Assembly (NCBI GenBank): GCA_964562095.1
Contig: CAZLSH010000003.1
Span: 1 to 61,337, forward strand
DNA length: 61,337 nucleotides
Source of the DNA: an uncultured Clostridia bacterium
GTDB lineage: Bacteria > Acidobacteriota > Aminicenantia > UBA2199
Direction of reading: 5' to 3'
Below the pieces are notes generated by a model. It made no database searches and had not been told where the DNA came from. It saw only the letters and a program-made list of their open reading frames with translations. This document shows, one piece after another, positions 30,941 to 40,497 of the stretch. Within the stretch, counting starts at the first letter, position 1; each line of letters opens with the position of its first letter. Position numbers and translations under genes: made by a program.

Positions 30941-32308
30941 CTATGGCAGGAGCTGATATTTCTTGATCTTGGCCAGCAGGTTCACCCGGGAGATCCCCAG
31001 GAGTTTCGCGGCCTGGCTCTTGTTGCCCTGGGTGTGGGCCAGGGCCCTCTTGATGTGTTCTTTCTCCATCTCGATCAGAGAAAGCGGTGGCGCTCCGGCG
31101 CCGCTCATCTCGGGGGCGGGGGCGCTCTCCAGGAAATAATGGGGCAGGGAGCGCCTGTGCAGCTCGGGCTCCGATTCAATGATCACGGCGCTGTTGATGA
31201 TATTCATCAACTCACGCACGTTGCCCGGATAGTCGTAGCGGCACAGCAGGCGCATGGCCGCGTCCGAGATTTTCTGGATGGCCTTGCGGTTCTGTTCGTT
31301 GAAGAGCTTCAGGAAATGCTGGCAGAGGAGCGGCACGTCCTCGCGGCGCTCGCGCAATGGCGGCAGGTACACCGAGCTCATGTTCAGGCGGTAGAACAGG
31401 TCCTTGCGGAAGTTGCCTTTCTTCATTTCACTCAGCAAATCCTTGTTGGTCGCGGCGATGATGCGCACGTCGACTTTCTGATTCTTGGTTGATCCCAGGC
31501 GGAAGAATTCCCCCTCCTGCAGGACGCGCAGCAGCTTGACCTGGATGGGCAGCGCCAGCTCGCCGATCTCATCAAGGAACAAGGTGCCCCTGTCGGCCTC
31601 TTCGAGAAATCCCTTCTTGGCCGTGCCGGCCCCGGTAAACGCCCCCTTGTCATGGCCGAAGAATTCCGAGGCGAACAGCTCGTTGGCGAAGACCCCGGCG
31701 TTGACGGCGACGAAGCTTTTGTCGCGGCGGCGGCTGATGCGGTGAATGGCCTTGGCAATCAGCTCCTTGCCGGTGCCGCTTTCTCCCCAGATCAGGATGC
31801 TGTTGTCGGGCTGAGCCATTTTCTCGACCATTTGAAAGATGCGCAACATTTCCGGGTTCTGGGTGATGAAGCCCTGGAAGGCCTCGGGGAAGCGGAGCTG
31901 CTCGCGGGTCAGGGCGGCCGCGTCCGCCTGGGCGCTGCGGTCCTTGCGGCTTTCCAGCAGGGTGGCGATGATGGCCAGCAGCTGGTCGTTGTCTACCGGC
32001 TTGGTCAGGTAGTCGAAGGCCCCGAGCTTCATGGCCGAGACGGCCGTTTCGACGTCTTCAACACCCGTCAGCACGATCGTTTCGATCTCGATGCCGTTTT
32101 CCTTGATGAAGCGCAGGATATCCAGCCCGTTCACCTCGGGCATGTCCATATCCAGGAGCAGCAGTCCGTAGACGTTGCTCTGGAGCTTGGCGTAAGCCTG
32201 GCGGCTGTCGGCCAAGGTGGTAACCTCGTAGGTTCCCGTCTGCAGCAGCATGATGTGGAGGTAGTTCAGGACGGCCTGGTCGTCGTCGATGACGAGAATT
32301 CGCTTCAT
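30941..32308 (-). CDS. Sigma-54-dependent response regulator (NtrC family enhancer-binding protein)
   Basis: REC domain (LLLDMDMPEVNG). AAA+ sigma-54 interaction domain (GESGTGKE, ESEFFGH-type ASEFFGHDKGAFTGA). C-terminal HTH (QAAKLLGISRVNL). Confidence 0.93.
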   Translation of the reverse strand: MKRILVIDDDQAVLNYLHIMLLQTGTYEVTTLADSRQAYAKLQSNVYGLLLLDMDMPEVNGLDILRFIKENGIEIETIVLTGVEDVETAVSAMKLGAFDYLTKPVDNDQLLAIIATLLESRKDRSAQADAAALTREQLRFPEAFQGFITQNPEMLRIFQMVEKMAQPDNSILIWGESGTGKELIAKAIHRISRRRDKSFVAVNAGVFANELFASEFFGHDKGAFTGAGTAKKGFLEEADRGTLFLDEIGELALPIQVKLLRVLQEGEFFRLGSTKNQKVDVRIIAATNKDLLSEMKKGNFRKDLFYRLNMSSVYLPPLRERREDVPLLCQHFLKLFNEQNRKAIQKISDAAMRLLCRYDYPGNVRELMNIINSAVIIESEPELHRRSLPHYFLESAPAPEMSGAGAPPLSLIEMEKEHIKRALAHTQGNKSQAAKLLGISRVNLLAKIKKYQLLP

Positions 32309-34401
32309 GGCAGGTCCCTGGGCCCGACGGGGAGCCGGATGGAAAACGCCGTGCCCGCGTTCACCTCGCTTTCCACTTCGATCCGGCCGCGGTGTTCCTG
32401 GATGATGCCGTGGGCGATGGACAAGCCGAGCCCCGTTCCTCCCTCTTCGGGCTTGGTGGTGAAGAACGGCTCGAAGATGCGCCTCATGGTCTTTTCATCG
32501 ATCCCCTTGCCGTTGTCGCGAATGCGCAGGAGGTTCTCGTTCGCCTCCTTCAGATGGGCGGTACGGATCTCGATTGCGCCCATCTTGCCCTCCATCGCCT
32601 GGGCGGCGTTGATCAGCAGGTTGACCACCACCTGCTCCAGGCGCTGGAAATTGCCCTGGATGTGGGGCAGGCCCTCTTCGAGATCCAGGGTGATCTTCGC
32701 CTTGCGGCTGATCTGGTTGGCCACCAGGCGCAGGCAGTTGTGAACGATCTCGTTGAGGTCGACTTCCTCGTTCAGGGTGCCTTCGTCCTTTTTGGCGAAC
32801 CGCCGCAGCCCCTCGACGATGGCCTTGATGCGGTTGGCGCCCAGGGCCATGTCGTCCAGCAGAACCGGGATGTGGCTGCGGAAGACCTCATATTTCAGGC
32901 GGGCGATCTGCAGGTCGGGCTGCCGGCCGGCCTGTTGGTCCAGGATGGGCAGAATGTCCTTCACCGCCTCCTGGAGGATCGTCACGTTGCCGCGAATGAA
33001 TGTGTTGGGATTATTGATCTCGTGGGCGATGCCGGACACGAGCTGGCCCAACAGCGTCAGCTTGTCGGTCTGCATCAGCTGCAGCTCCATGTTTTTCTGC
33101 CGGGTGATCTGCCGGGAAAACTCCAGCACGCCGTCGACTTCCCCGTGCTCGTCGAAGATGGGGTAAGCCTGCAGCAGGTAATAATCGTCGCCGTACTTGC
33201 CCTCCAGGGTGACGGGTTTCTTCTGCTGGAGCACCATGGCCCCGGCGCAACGGGGACAGGGAGCGTCCAGCTGAAAAATCCGGGCATGGCACTTGCCGCC
33301 GCAGATCCCCTCTCCGCCGTTGGCCATGGTGATGCGGAAGGCGCGGTCGATCAGAATGACCCGGTCGCTGATGGCGTCGAACACCGTCTGTAGTTTGTTG
33401 TTGCTGTCATTCAGCTCCTCGGTCAGGGCCACGAGTTCGGCGTTCTTCTTGATCAGCAGGTTTTTCTGGTTTTCCAGGGAGGCCGTGCGCCGCTGGACGG
33501 TCTTCTCCAGGTTTTCGTTCTGCTCGATCAGCTTGCACTCCAGTTCCTTGCGCAGGCGGATGTCCTTGTACACTTCTTCGATGCAGCAGCGGCCGTCGAT
33601 GTCGACCAGGATGAACGAGCCGATGACGGGGCACTCCTTGCCCCGCGAGTCGATCAGGCTCATTTCCATGCCGCCGAGAAATCCGTGCCGCTTCAGCTTC
33701 TTGAAAACGTATGGGCGGATGCGTGGAATGTTGGCGTACAGCTTGTCCTTGACGAAATTCAATTTGACCGAGCCGTCCTCGGGATAATGCAGCATGCGGT
33801 AGAAGGCGCGGTTGGCTTTCAAGACGTCCCCGTTCATCTCCGAGATGACGATGCCGTCGGGGGCGTTTTCAAACAGGTCCTCGAAGCGCTTCTCTGATTT
33901 TTGCAGCTCCCTGCTCTGGGCTTTTACCCTCTCCTTCAGGTTGCCCACGTACTTGTTTAGCTCGAGCTGCATGTCGTGCTTCTCGACCGCCTTGGCGATC
34001 ATGCGGGCGACTTCGTGGATGAACTGGCCCTTCTCCTGGAGTGCTTCCCGGCCCTTGCGGTAGCTCACCCTGACGCAGCCCCGGCTGCGGCCGTTGACCA
34101 CGATGTCGGCCTGCAGGACCGAGCGGGGCTTCCTGGCCGGGGCCGCCTGCGCGGGGTATGTGGTCCGGTCGAGGACGATGGCGCCGCGGGCCAGGTCGGG
34201 GGCCAAGAAGCCCTTGACCAGGCTGGCCGCCGCGCTCGCCAGGATTTTCGGCAGGGTCTTGCCCGATTCGACCCGGGAACTGATGGCGTATAGGCACTCC
34301 AGTTCCTTGATCCGCTCCTGGAGGCTATGCCCGGGAGAGGTGGTGCCGTCCGCAGGGTTCATGGCCGGAGACCGAACCGTGAGGATTTTTTTGCCGCCCA
34401 T
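32305..34401 (-). CDS. Cytoplasmic multi-PAS sensor histidine kinase
   Basis: No transmembrane segment is evident. It has an N-terminal RIKELECLY module and PAS-like repeats. H-box SGIAHEINNPNTF, N-box LLINAAQAM, G1 IRDNGKGI and G2 GGTGLGLSI. It overlaps the NtrC-type gene by ATGA. Confidence 0.9.
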   Translation of the reverse strand: MGGKKILTVRSPAMNPADGTTSPGHSLQERIKELECLYAISSRVESGKTLPKILASAAASLVKGFLAPDLARGAIVLDRTTYPAQAAPARKPRSVLQADIVVNGRSRGCVRVSYRKGREALQEKGQFIHEVARMIAKAVEKHDMQLELNKYVGNLKERVKAQSRELQKSEKRFEDLFENAPDGIVISEMNGDVLKANRAFYRMLHYPEDGSVKLNFVKDKLYANIPRIRPYVFKKLKRHGFLGGMEMSLIDSRGKECPVIGSFILVDIDGRCCIEEVYKDIRLRKELECKLIEQNENLEKTVQRRTASLENQKNLLIKKNAELVALTEELNDSNNKLQTVFDAISDRVILIDRAFRITMANGGEGICGGKCHARIFQLDAPCPRCAGAMVLQQKKPVTLEGKYGDDYYLLQAYPIFDEHGEVDGVLEFSRQITRQKNMELQLMQTDKLTLLGQLVSGIAHEINNPNTFIRGNVTILQEAVKDILPILDQQAGRQPDLQIARLKYEVFRSHIPVLLDDMALGANRIKAIVEGLRRFAKKDEGTLNEEVDLNEIVHNCLRLVANQISRKAKITLDLEEGLPHIQGNFQRLEQVVVNLLINAAQAMEGKMGAIEIRTAHLKEANENLLRIRDNGKGIDEKTMRRIFEPFFTTKPEEGGTGLGLSIAHGIIQEHRGRIEVESEVNAGTAFSIRLPVGPRDLP

Positions 34402-34405
34402 CGTC

Positions 34406-37400
34406 TCATGGCGTGGTCTTGCCGCGGAGGCGCTGCGCGTATTGGTCGCTGGAAAGCAGGCGCGCAGCTTCTTGGCGGCAGGGAGCCGGATCCAGCGTCA
34501 AGGGGAGGAAACAGGCTTTTCCCGAGCGGGTGGCGAAATGCTCCTGGAAAAGGGGGTCTCCCCAGAATCCGCCGCTGGCAACCCCCCGGTAATGGGGGTT
34601 GGCCAGGGCAATTTCCGCGGCCAGCCCCTCGATGGTGGCCGGCCCCAGGTCCGTGCCCGCCCGGGCGGCCAGGCCGGCGATGATCTCCAGATTGGTCCAC
34701 CCCGACGGCGGCGGCACGAAGGGGGGGCTGTGCTGAACGCGGCGGTCGCAGGCCGTGAAGGTTCCCCCGCTTTCCAGGGGCGACGACAGGGGCAGCACCA
34801 CGTCGGCTTCCTGGGCGGTGGCGGTCGGGAAAAAATCAACGACCAGCTTGAAATCCAATGCGGCGAGCAGGTCGCCGCCATGCGGCGCTGCCAGCGGGTC
34901 TTCGCCGAAGACCAGCAACGCCTTGATCTCTCCCTTTTTCAGCAAGGCCAGGACGTCGGCCGGCTGGAAGATCCGCTGCAGGGGTACGCCCCACAGGGCG
35001 GCCAACCGCTCGATGCTGGCCAGGTCGCTGTGGGCCGATCCGGGCAGGGAACGGCTGTCGACCCCCATGTCCAGAAGGCCTTGGGAGTTGGCATGGTCGC
35101 GGAGTAGGATCAGCCCGCTTCCGGGGCGGCCCGCCTTCCCTTGCTGCAGCAGCAGGCCGCCCAGGGCGCGGAGGTCATCGCGCGATTTTTCCAGGACGTG
35201 GTCCATCCCGTATACGATCACGATCCGCTCGGCCCGGCCCAGGAGATCGACCGCGCGGGCAAATTTCTCCTCCTGAACCCCGGTGCGGGCAACGACGAAC
35301 GGCCCGTCGCAGGCGGCCAGGGAGTCGCGGTAGGCGGCGAATCCCTCGGTGCGCCCATCAATGAATTGGCGATCGATCTGTTGCCGCTCGATCAGGGCGT
35401 GGGCCAGACCAGCCACCAGGATCGTGTTCGCGCCCCTTTTGGGATCGAGCCAGAGGTCGGCGATTTTGCTCAAGGCGGTTTCGGAGGAGCTGACGACGAG
35501 CAGGCGGGAGCCGCTCTTCATCGCTTCCTTGATTTTCAGCTCGGCGATCAGGTTCTTTTCGGTCAAGTCGGTGTTAACGGCCAGGATCACGTCGGCTTCT
35601 CGCAGGTCGTCCATGGTCGCGGTGGAGACGGTGAGGCCGAACATCTCGTCGAGGGCGTCCAGGTCGCGGCCGTTGAGCAGATGGCTGAAGCTGCCGATGC
35701 GGTTGGTCTTAAGCCCGGCACGCGCCCATTTTTGCAGCAGGTAGAGCTCCTCGTTGGCCAGGCGCGGCGAGGCGCAGACGGCGACGGCACCGGGGCCGTG
35801 CGCGGCCATGACGGCGTGCAGGCCGGCGGCGGCCTGATCGAGCGCCTCCTCCCACGTGGCGGCACGCATCCCGGTTGACGTCTTGAGCAGAGGCTGGCGC
35901 AGCCGCTTTTCGTCTAGAAGGTAGCGGTAGCCGAAGCGCCCCTCCAAGCACAAGTAGCCCTTGTTGTGCGAAGCGTCGACACTGCCGGCCACGGCGTATA
36001 GATCGGGGGTGAACACCTTGTAGGACAGGACGCAGCCGAGCGAGCAGAAATGGCAGACCGCTTCGTGTTTCGTGCCCGCCCAGGGGCCGGGCTTGACAAA
36101 GGGCAGCTTCTCGGCGATGGCGCCGGTGGGGCAGGCGGCGATGCAATTGCCGCAGGAAATGCAGTTGGTCTCCAGGAGCTTCTTCTCCATGGAGGGACGC
36201 ACCACCGACTTGAAGCCGCGGTAGACGAAGCCCAGCGCCGAAACCTGCAGGATCTCCGAGCAGGTGCGGACGCAGCGACCGCAGGCGATGCATTTGTTGG
36301 GGTCGAGGGCGATGAACGGGTGCGCTTTGTCCACTTTGTATTTTCTTACTTCGCCCACGAATTTTTCGATATCCACCCCAAAATCCACGGCGAGCTTGCG
36401 CAGGTCGCAGTCAAAATATGCGGAGCAGCCGCATTCCAGGCAGCGCCCGCTTTCCTGGTGCGCCTGGCCGCGGCTGAAGCCGAGTTCGACCTCAGCGAAT
36501 GTTCTCGCCCGCTCGGCCGCGGGGAGCTCCGGCATTTTTTCCTTGCTGATCTTGGAAAATTCGACGAAATCGCTGTCGGGAATGTCCCCGAAAGCCTCCT
36601 TGCGGCTGATGAATTCCTTGCGTTTGCCTTCGGCCTTGCCCGTGCGGACAAAGTGGTCGATGGCGTTGGCCGCGATCTTGCCGTGGGCGATGGCGTCGAT
36701 GGCCACGGCGGGGCCGGTGGCCATGTCGCCGCCGGTAAAGACACCGGGCAGCGAGGATTCGAAGGTGCTCTCGCTGTAGACCAGCGTGTGGTGGCGGGTC
36801 GCCTTGAGCAGCGGGTCTTTCTCGAGCCCGCACAGGTCGACGTCCTGGCCGATGGCCGAAACGACGAAGTCGCACGGCAGCCGGTACTCGGAGCCGGCTT
36901 TCGGCACCGGGCTGCGGCGGCCGCTGGCGTCGGGCTCGCCCAGTTCCATGCGGATGCAGGTCAGGGCCTCCAGCCGGCCGTTCTCGCGCGTCAGTTCGAT
37001 GGGAGCGGCCAGCTCGACCAGCTCCACTCCCTCCTCCAGGGCGGCCTCGATCTCCATCGGGTGGGCGGGCATCTCCTTGCGGGTGCGGCGGTACAGGAGC
37101 GTCACTTTTCCGGCTCCCAGGCGCTTGGCCGTTCGCGCGGCATCGATGGCCGTATTGCCGCCGCCGACCACGACGACGCTGCCGAAAATCTCGGGTTTTT
37201 TGTCGCCCTGCAGCTGCCAGAGAAAATCGATGCCGCTGAGCACGCCCTCGGTCTCGTCCTCTCCCGGCAATCGCATTCCCTTTGCCTTCTGGGCGCCGAA
37301 CGCCAGGTATACGGCGTCGAAGCCCTGCCGCTTCAGGTCGGCGATGGATAAGTCTTTCCCCAGCGCGGTCCCGGTCTTGACCGTCACGCCCAGGCCGGTG

Positions 37401-38155
37401 ATCCAGCCGATCTCCTTGTCCAATTCGGCCTTGGGCAGGCGGTACTCGGGGATGCCGTAGCGCAGCATGCCGCCCAGATGGGGCGCCTTTTCGAACAGGC
37501 TGACGGCATAGCCCTTGAGGATCAGGTAATAGGCGCACGTCAGTCCGGCCGGACCTCCCCCGACGACCGCGATCTTTTTTCCGTTTGCGGCAGGAACAGG
37601 GGGAGTCCAGGGATCCTTGATGTCGATGTCGGTGGCGTAACGCTTCAGGTAGTCGATGCCCACGCGCTCGTCGACGCGGTTGCGGCGGCAGGCCACCTCG
37701 CACTCGCGCACGCAGACGCGGCCGCAGACCAGCGGCAGGGGGTTCGTCTGCTTGATCAAGCGCACCGCCTCGCGCGGTTTGCCGGCGGCGATGAGGGCGA
37801 TGTAACCCTGGACGTCGACTCCGGCCGGGCAGGTTTGCTGGCAGGGGGCTAGGCAGTCGGCATAATGGTTTGACAACAGCAATTCAAGGGCGGTCTTCCT
37901 GGCCGCGCGGATGCGGGGGTTATCGGTATGCACGACCATCTTGTCGGCCACCGGGCTGGAGCAGGAAGGGATCAGCTTTTTGATCCCTTCGACCTCCACC
38001 ACACAGAGATAGCAGGAGCCGTAGGGCGGCAGCTTGGGATCATGGCACAGGGTGGGAATCTCGGCGATGCGGTTCTGGCGAATCACCTCCAGAATGGTCT
38101 GGTCCGGGCGGGCGGTCACTTGTTTGCCGTCGATGGTGAGTGTGATGGGGTCCAT
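34406..38155 (-). CDS. Fusion oxidoreductase: [2Fe-2S] ferredoxin + GltD-like NAD(P)H/FAD module + 2x[4Fe-4S] + molybdopterin-oxidoreductase-like (apparently degenerate) domain
   Basis: 1249 aa. The N-terminal Cys pattern is CHDP..C..C..C. The GltD block carries CLAPCQQTCPAG, VCGRVCVRECEVAC, VVGGGPAGL and VVVGGGNTAID. Then come CIACGRCVRTC and CISCGNCIAACP, followed by CHFCSLGC...C. The molybdopterin-like region has no Cys or TGA at the expected active-site position. Confidence 0.85.
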   Translation of the reverse strand: MDPITLTIDGKQVTARPDQTILEVIRQNRIAEIPTLCHDPKLPPYGSCYLCVVEVEGIKKLIPSCSSPVADKMVVHTDNPRIRAARKTALELLLSNHYADCLAPCQQTCPAGVDVQGYIALIAAGKPREAVRLIKQTNPLPLVCGRVCVRECEVACRRNRVDERVGIDYLKRYATDIDIKDPWTPPVPAANGKKIAVVGGGPAGLTCAYYLILKGYAVSLFEKAPHLGGMLRYGIPEYRLPKAELDKEIGWITGLGVTVKTGTALGKDLSIADLKRQGFDAVYLAFGAQKAKGMRLPGEDETEGVLSGIDFLWQLQGDKKPEIFGSVVVVGGGNTAIDAARTAKRLGAGKVTLLYRRTRKEMPAHPMEIEAALEEGVELVELAAPIELTRENGRLEALTCIRMELGEPDASGRRSPVPKAGSEYRLPCDFVVSAIGQDVDLCGLEKDPLLKATRHHTLVYSESTFESSLPGVFTGGDMATGPAVAIDAIAHGKIAANAIDHFVRTGKAEGKRKEFISRKEAFGDIPDSDFVEFSKISKEKMPELPAAERARTFAEVELGFSRGQAHQESGRCLECGCSAYFDCDLRKLAVDFGVDIEKFVGEVRKYKVDKAHPFIALDPNKCIACGRCVRTCSEILQVSALGFVYRGFKSVVRPSMEKKLLETNCISCGNCIAACPTGAIAEKLPFVKPGPWAGTKHEAVCHFCSLGCVLSYKVFTPDLYAVAGSVDASHNKGYLCLEGRFGYRYLLDEKRLRQPLLKTSTGMRAATWEEALDQAAAGLHAVMAAHGPGAVAVCASPRLANEELYLLQKWARAGLKTNRIGSFSHLLNGRDLDALDEMFGLTVSTATMDDLREADVILAVNTDLTEKNLIAELKIKEAMKSGSRLLVVSSSETALSKIADLWLDPKRGANTILVAGLAHALIERQQIDRQFIDGRTEGFAAYRDSLAACDGPFVVARTGVQEEKFARAVDLLGRAERIVIVYGMDHVLEKSRDDLRALGGLLLQQGKAGRPGSGLILLRDHANSQGLLDMGVDSRSLPGSAHSDLASIERLAALWGVPLQRIFQPADVLALLKKGEIKALLVFGEDPLAAPHGGDLLAALDFKLVVDFFPTATAQEADVVLPLSSPLESGGTFTACDRRVQHSPPFVPPPSGWTNLEIIAGLAARAGTDLGPATIEGLAAEIALANPHYRGVASGGFWGDPLFQEHFATRSGKACFLPLTLDPAPCRQEAARLLSSDQYAQRLRGKTTP

Positions 38156-38167
38156 GGCTGCTTCCTT

Positions 38168-39934
38168 TCAGTCCTTGACAATGGCGTTGAAATTGCAGGT
38201 TTCAAAACACTTGCCGCACTTAATGCACAGGTTTTGGTCGATGACGTGCGGCTGCTTCCTCTCGCCGCGGATGGCCTTGGCCGGGCAAACCCTGGCGCAA
38301 AGGGTGCAGCCGGTGCACGGGTCCGCCAGAATGGTGAAGGTCAGGAGCGGGGCGCAGCTGTGCGCCGGGCACTTCTTGTCGCGGATGTGGGCCTCGTACT
38401 CGTCGCGGAAATATTTCAGCGTGGTCAGCACCGGATTGGGCGCGGTCTGTCCCAGGCCGCAGATGGTATTGTTGCGGATCTTGTCGGCCAGGTCCTCCAG
38501 CAGCGCGATGTCGCCCTCGCGCCCCTTGCCCTCGGTGATGCGCTCCAGGATCTCCAGCATGCGCTTGGTGCCGATGCGGCAGAACGTGCACTTGCCGCAG
38601 CTTTCGTCCTGGGTGAAGCGCAGGAAGAACTTGGCCATCTCGACCATGCAGGTCGTCTCGTCCATGACCACCATGCCGCCCGAACCCATGATCGCCCCGG
38701 TCTGGTTGATCTTCTGGTAGTCGATCTGCAGGTCGCCCATGGTGGCCGGGATGCAGCCGCCGGAGGGCCCGCCCATTTGCACGGCCTTGAATTTCTTGTT
38801 GTCGCGGATGCCGCCGCCGATGTCGTAGATGATTTCGTTGATGGTGAGGCCCATGGGGACTTCAACCAGCCCGCCGCGGGCGATCTTGCCGGCCAGGGCG
38901 AACACCTTGGTTCCCTTGCTGTTCTCGGTGCCCATGGCGGAAAAAGCTTCGGCTCCATTCATGATGATCCAGGCGACGTTGGCGTAGGTCTCCACGTTGT
39001 TGATGTTGGTCGGTTTGCCCCAGAGCCCTTTCTGCGCCGGGAAAGGAGGGCGAAAGCGGGGCATGCCGCGCTGACCCTCGATGGAGGCGATCAGGGCCGT
39101 CTCCTCGCCGCAGACAAAGGCGCCGGCCCCTTCCTTGATCTTGATCTTCAGGTTCATGGCCGAGCCGAAAATGTTGCGGCCCAGGAATCCCCTGGCCTCG
39201 GCGGTGCGGATGGAATGGCGCAACCGGCGAACCGCCATCGGATATTCGGCACGGACGTAGACGTAGGCCTCGTCGGCGCCGCAGGCGTAGGCGGCGATCA
39301 TCATCCCCTCCAGCACCGAGTGGGGGTCGCCTTCCAGGGTGCTGCGGTCCATGAAGGCGCCGGGGTCGCCCTCGTCGGCGTTGCAGATGATATATTTCTT
39401 GTTCCCCGGCGCCTGGCGGCAGAAGCGCCACTTCATCCCGGTCAGGAAGCCGGCGCCGCCGCGGCCGCGCAGTCCTGATTTGATGACGATCTCGATGACC
39501 TCCTCGGGCGTGTGGTCCTTTAACGCTTTCTGGATGGCCTGGTAGCCGCCACTGGCGATGTATTCGTCGATGCAGTCGGGATCGATGATGCCGCAGTTGC
39601 GCAGGACGATCCGTTTCTGCTTGGCGAAGAACGTGTCCTCGCTGGCGGCATCCCTGCCCTTGACGATCCATTCGCCGACCGGCTTGTCGTTCAGGACCTG
39701 TTCGTCGAGGATCCTTCCGGCCTTGTCGGGGGTCACATTGCCGTACAGGTTGCTGCGGCCGTCCTCATCGATGACCTCGACCAGGACCTCCTGGTAGCAG
39801 TTGCCCATGCAGCCGGTTTCCACGAGCCGGACCGGGATCTTGTCCCTGGCGATCGCTTCCCTCAGGGCGGCATGGACCTTTTCGCCGCCGGCGGAAACTC
39901 CGCACGTGCCGAGGCCTATTTTGATGGTCTTCAT
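38168..39934 (-). CDS. NuoF/HydB-like NADH-binding FMN/Fe-S subunit (N-terminal [2Fe-2S] and C-terminal 2x[4Fe-4S] extensions)
   Basis: 588 aa with GLRGRGGAGF (FMN/NADH site), the ESCGKCTFCRIG...ICGLG N3 cluster, an N-terminal GTCG...CMGNC motif and a C-terminal CTGCTLCARVCP / CIKCGKCFETC. Confidence 0.92.
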   Translation of the reverse strand: MKTIKIGLGTCGVSAGGEKVHAALREAIARDKIPVRLVETGCMGNCYQEVLVEVIDEDGRSNLYGNVTPDKAGRILDEQVLNDKPVGEWIVKGRDAASEDTFFAKQKRIVLRNCGIIDPDCIDEYIASGGYQAIQKALKDHTPEEVIEIVIKSGLRGRGGAGFLTGMKWRFCRQAPGNKKYIICNADEGDPGAFMDRSTLEGDPHSVLEGMMIAAYACGADEAYVYVRAEYPMAVRRLRHSIRTAEARGFLGRNIFGSAMNLKIKIKEGAGAFVCGEETALIASIEGQRGMPRFRPPFPAQKGLWGKPTNINNVETYANVAWIIMNGAEAFSAMGTENSKGTKVFALAGKIARGGLVEVPMGLTINEIIYDIGGGIRDNKKFKAVQMGGPSGGCIPATMGDLQIDYQKINQTGAIMGSGGMVVMDETTCMVEMAKFFLRFTQDESCGKCTFCRIGTKRMLEILERITEGKGREGDIALLEDLADKIRNNTICGLGQTAPNPVLTTLKYFRDEYEAHIRDKKCPAHSCAPLLTFTILADPCTGCTLCARVCPAKAIRGERKQPHVIDQNLCIKCGKCFETCNFNAIVKD

Positions 39935-39953
39935 GTTCTTCTCCTTGCCGCGC

Positions 39954-40481
39954 TCAGGCGGTTTGAGGTTTCAGGGCCTTGGACTTGTATTCTTTCAGCA
40001 GTAGCTGGACTTTTTTCGGCGTCAGGCGGCCGAAGGTCTCGTCGTTGATCATGAGGACCGGGGAGAGGGAGCAGCAGCCGAGGCAGGCGACCTTCTGCAC
40101 AGTGAACAGCCCGTCGTCGGTCGTATCGCCGCCTTCCAGCCGGAGCTCCTCCTCGATGACGCCGGCGATGCGCTCGGCGCCGTTGACGTGGCAGGCGGTG
40201 CCGTCGCAGACCTTGATCAGGAAACGGCCGAGCGGTTTGAGCCGGAATTGGGAATAGAACGTGATCACCCCGTAGATCTCGGCGGCGGGAATGCCCACGA
40301 TCTCGCTGATCTGGTCGATGGCCGATTCCGGGACGTAGCCGTACGTGTCCTGGGCGGCTTGCAGCAGTGGGATCAGCGCCCCCTCCTCACCCTCATAATT
40401 CCACAGGTCGACCTTGAATCCGGCCAGCCCGTTCTTCTGCGGTTGGACCTTGCGTTTGTTGTTAGGACTCATGCCCTCCAT
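39954..40481 (-). CDS. NuoE/HydC-like [2Fe-2S] thioredoxin-fold subunit
   Basis: Cys ligands CDGTACHVNG ... ACLGCCSLSP. The start is ambiguous among Met1, Met10 and Met13 of the track ORF. Starting at Met1 would overlap the upstream gene. Confidence 0.88.
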   Translation of the reverse strand: MEGMSPNNKRKVQPQKNGLAGFKVDLWNYEGEEGALIPLLQAAQDTYGYVPESAIDQISEIVGIPAAEIYGVITFYSQFRLKPLGRFLIKVCDGTACHVNGAERIAGVIEEELRLEGGDTTDDGLFTVQKVACLGCCSLSPVLMINDETFGRLTPKKVQLLLKEYKSKALKPQTA

Positions 40482-40497
40482 TATCCAACAGATTCGC

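Noticed and set aside
34409-36055. Possibility of a selenocysteine (in-frame TGA) formate dehydrogenase.
   Set aside because: The ORF is uninterrupted. No TGA or Cys occurs at the position expected for the Sec/Cys-His active site, and no SECIS-like hairpin context was seen.
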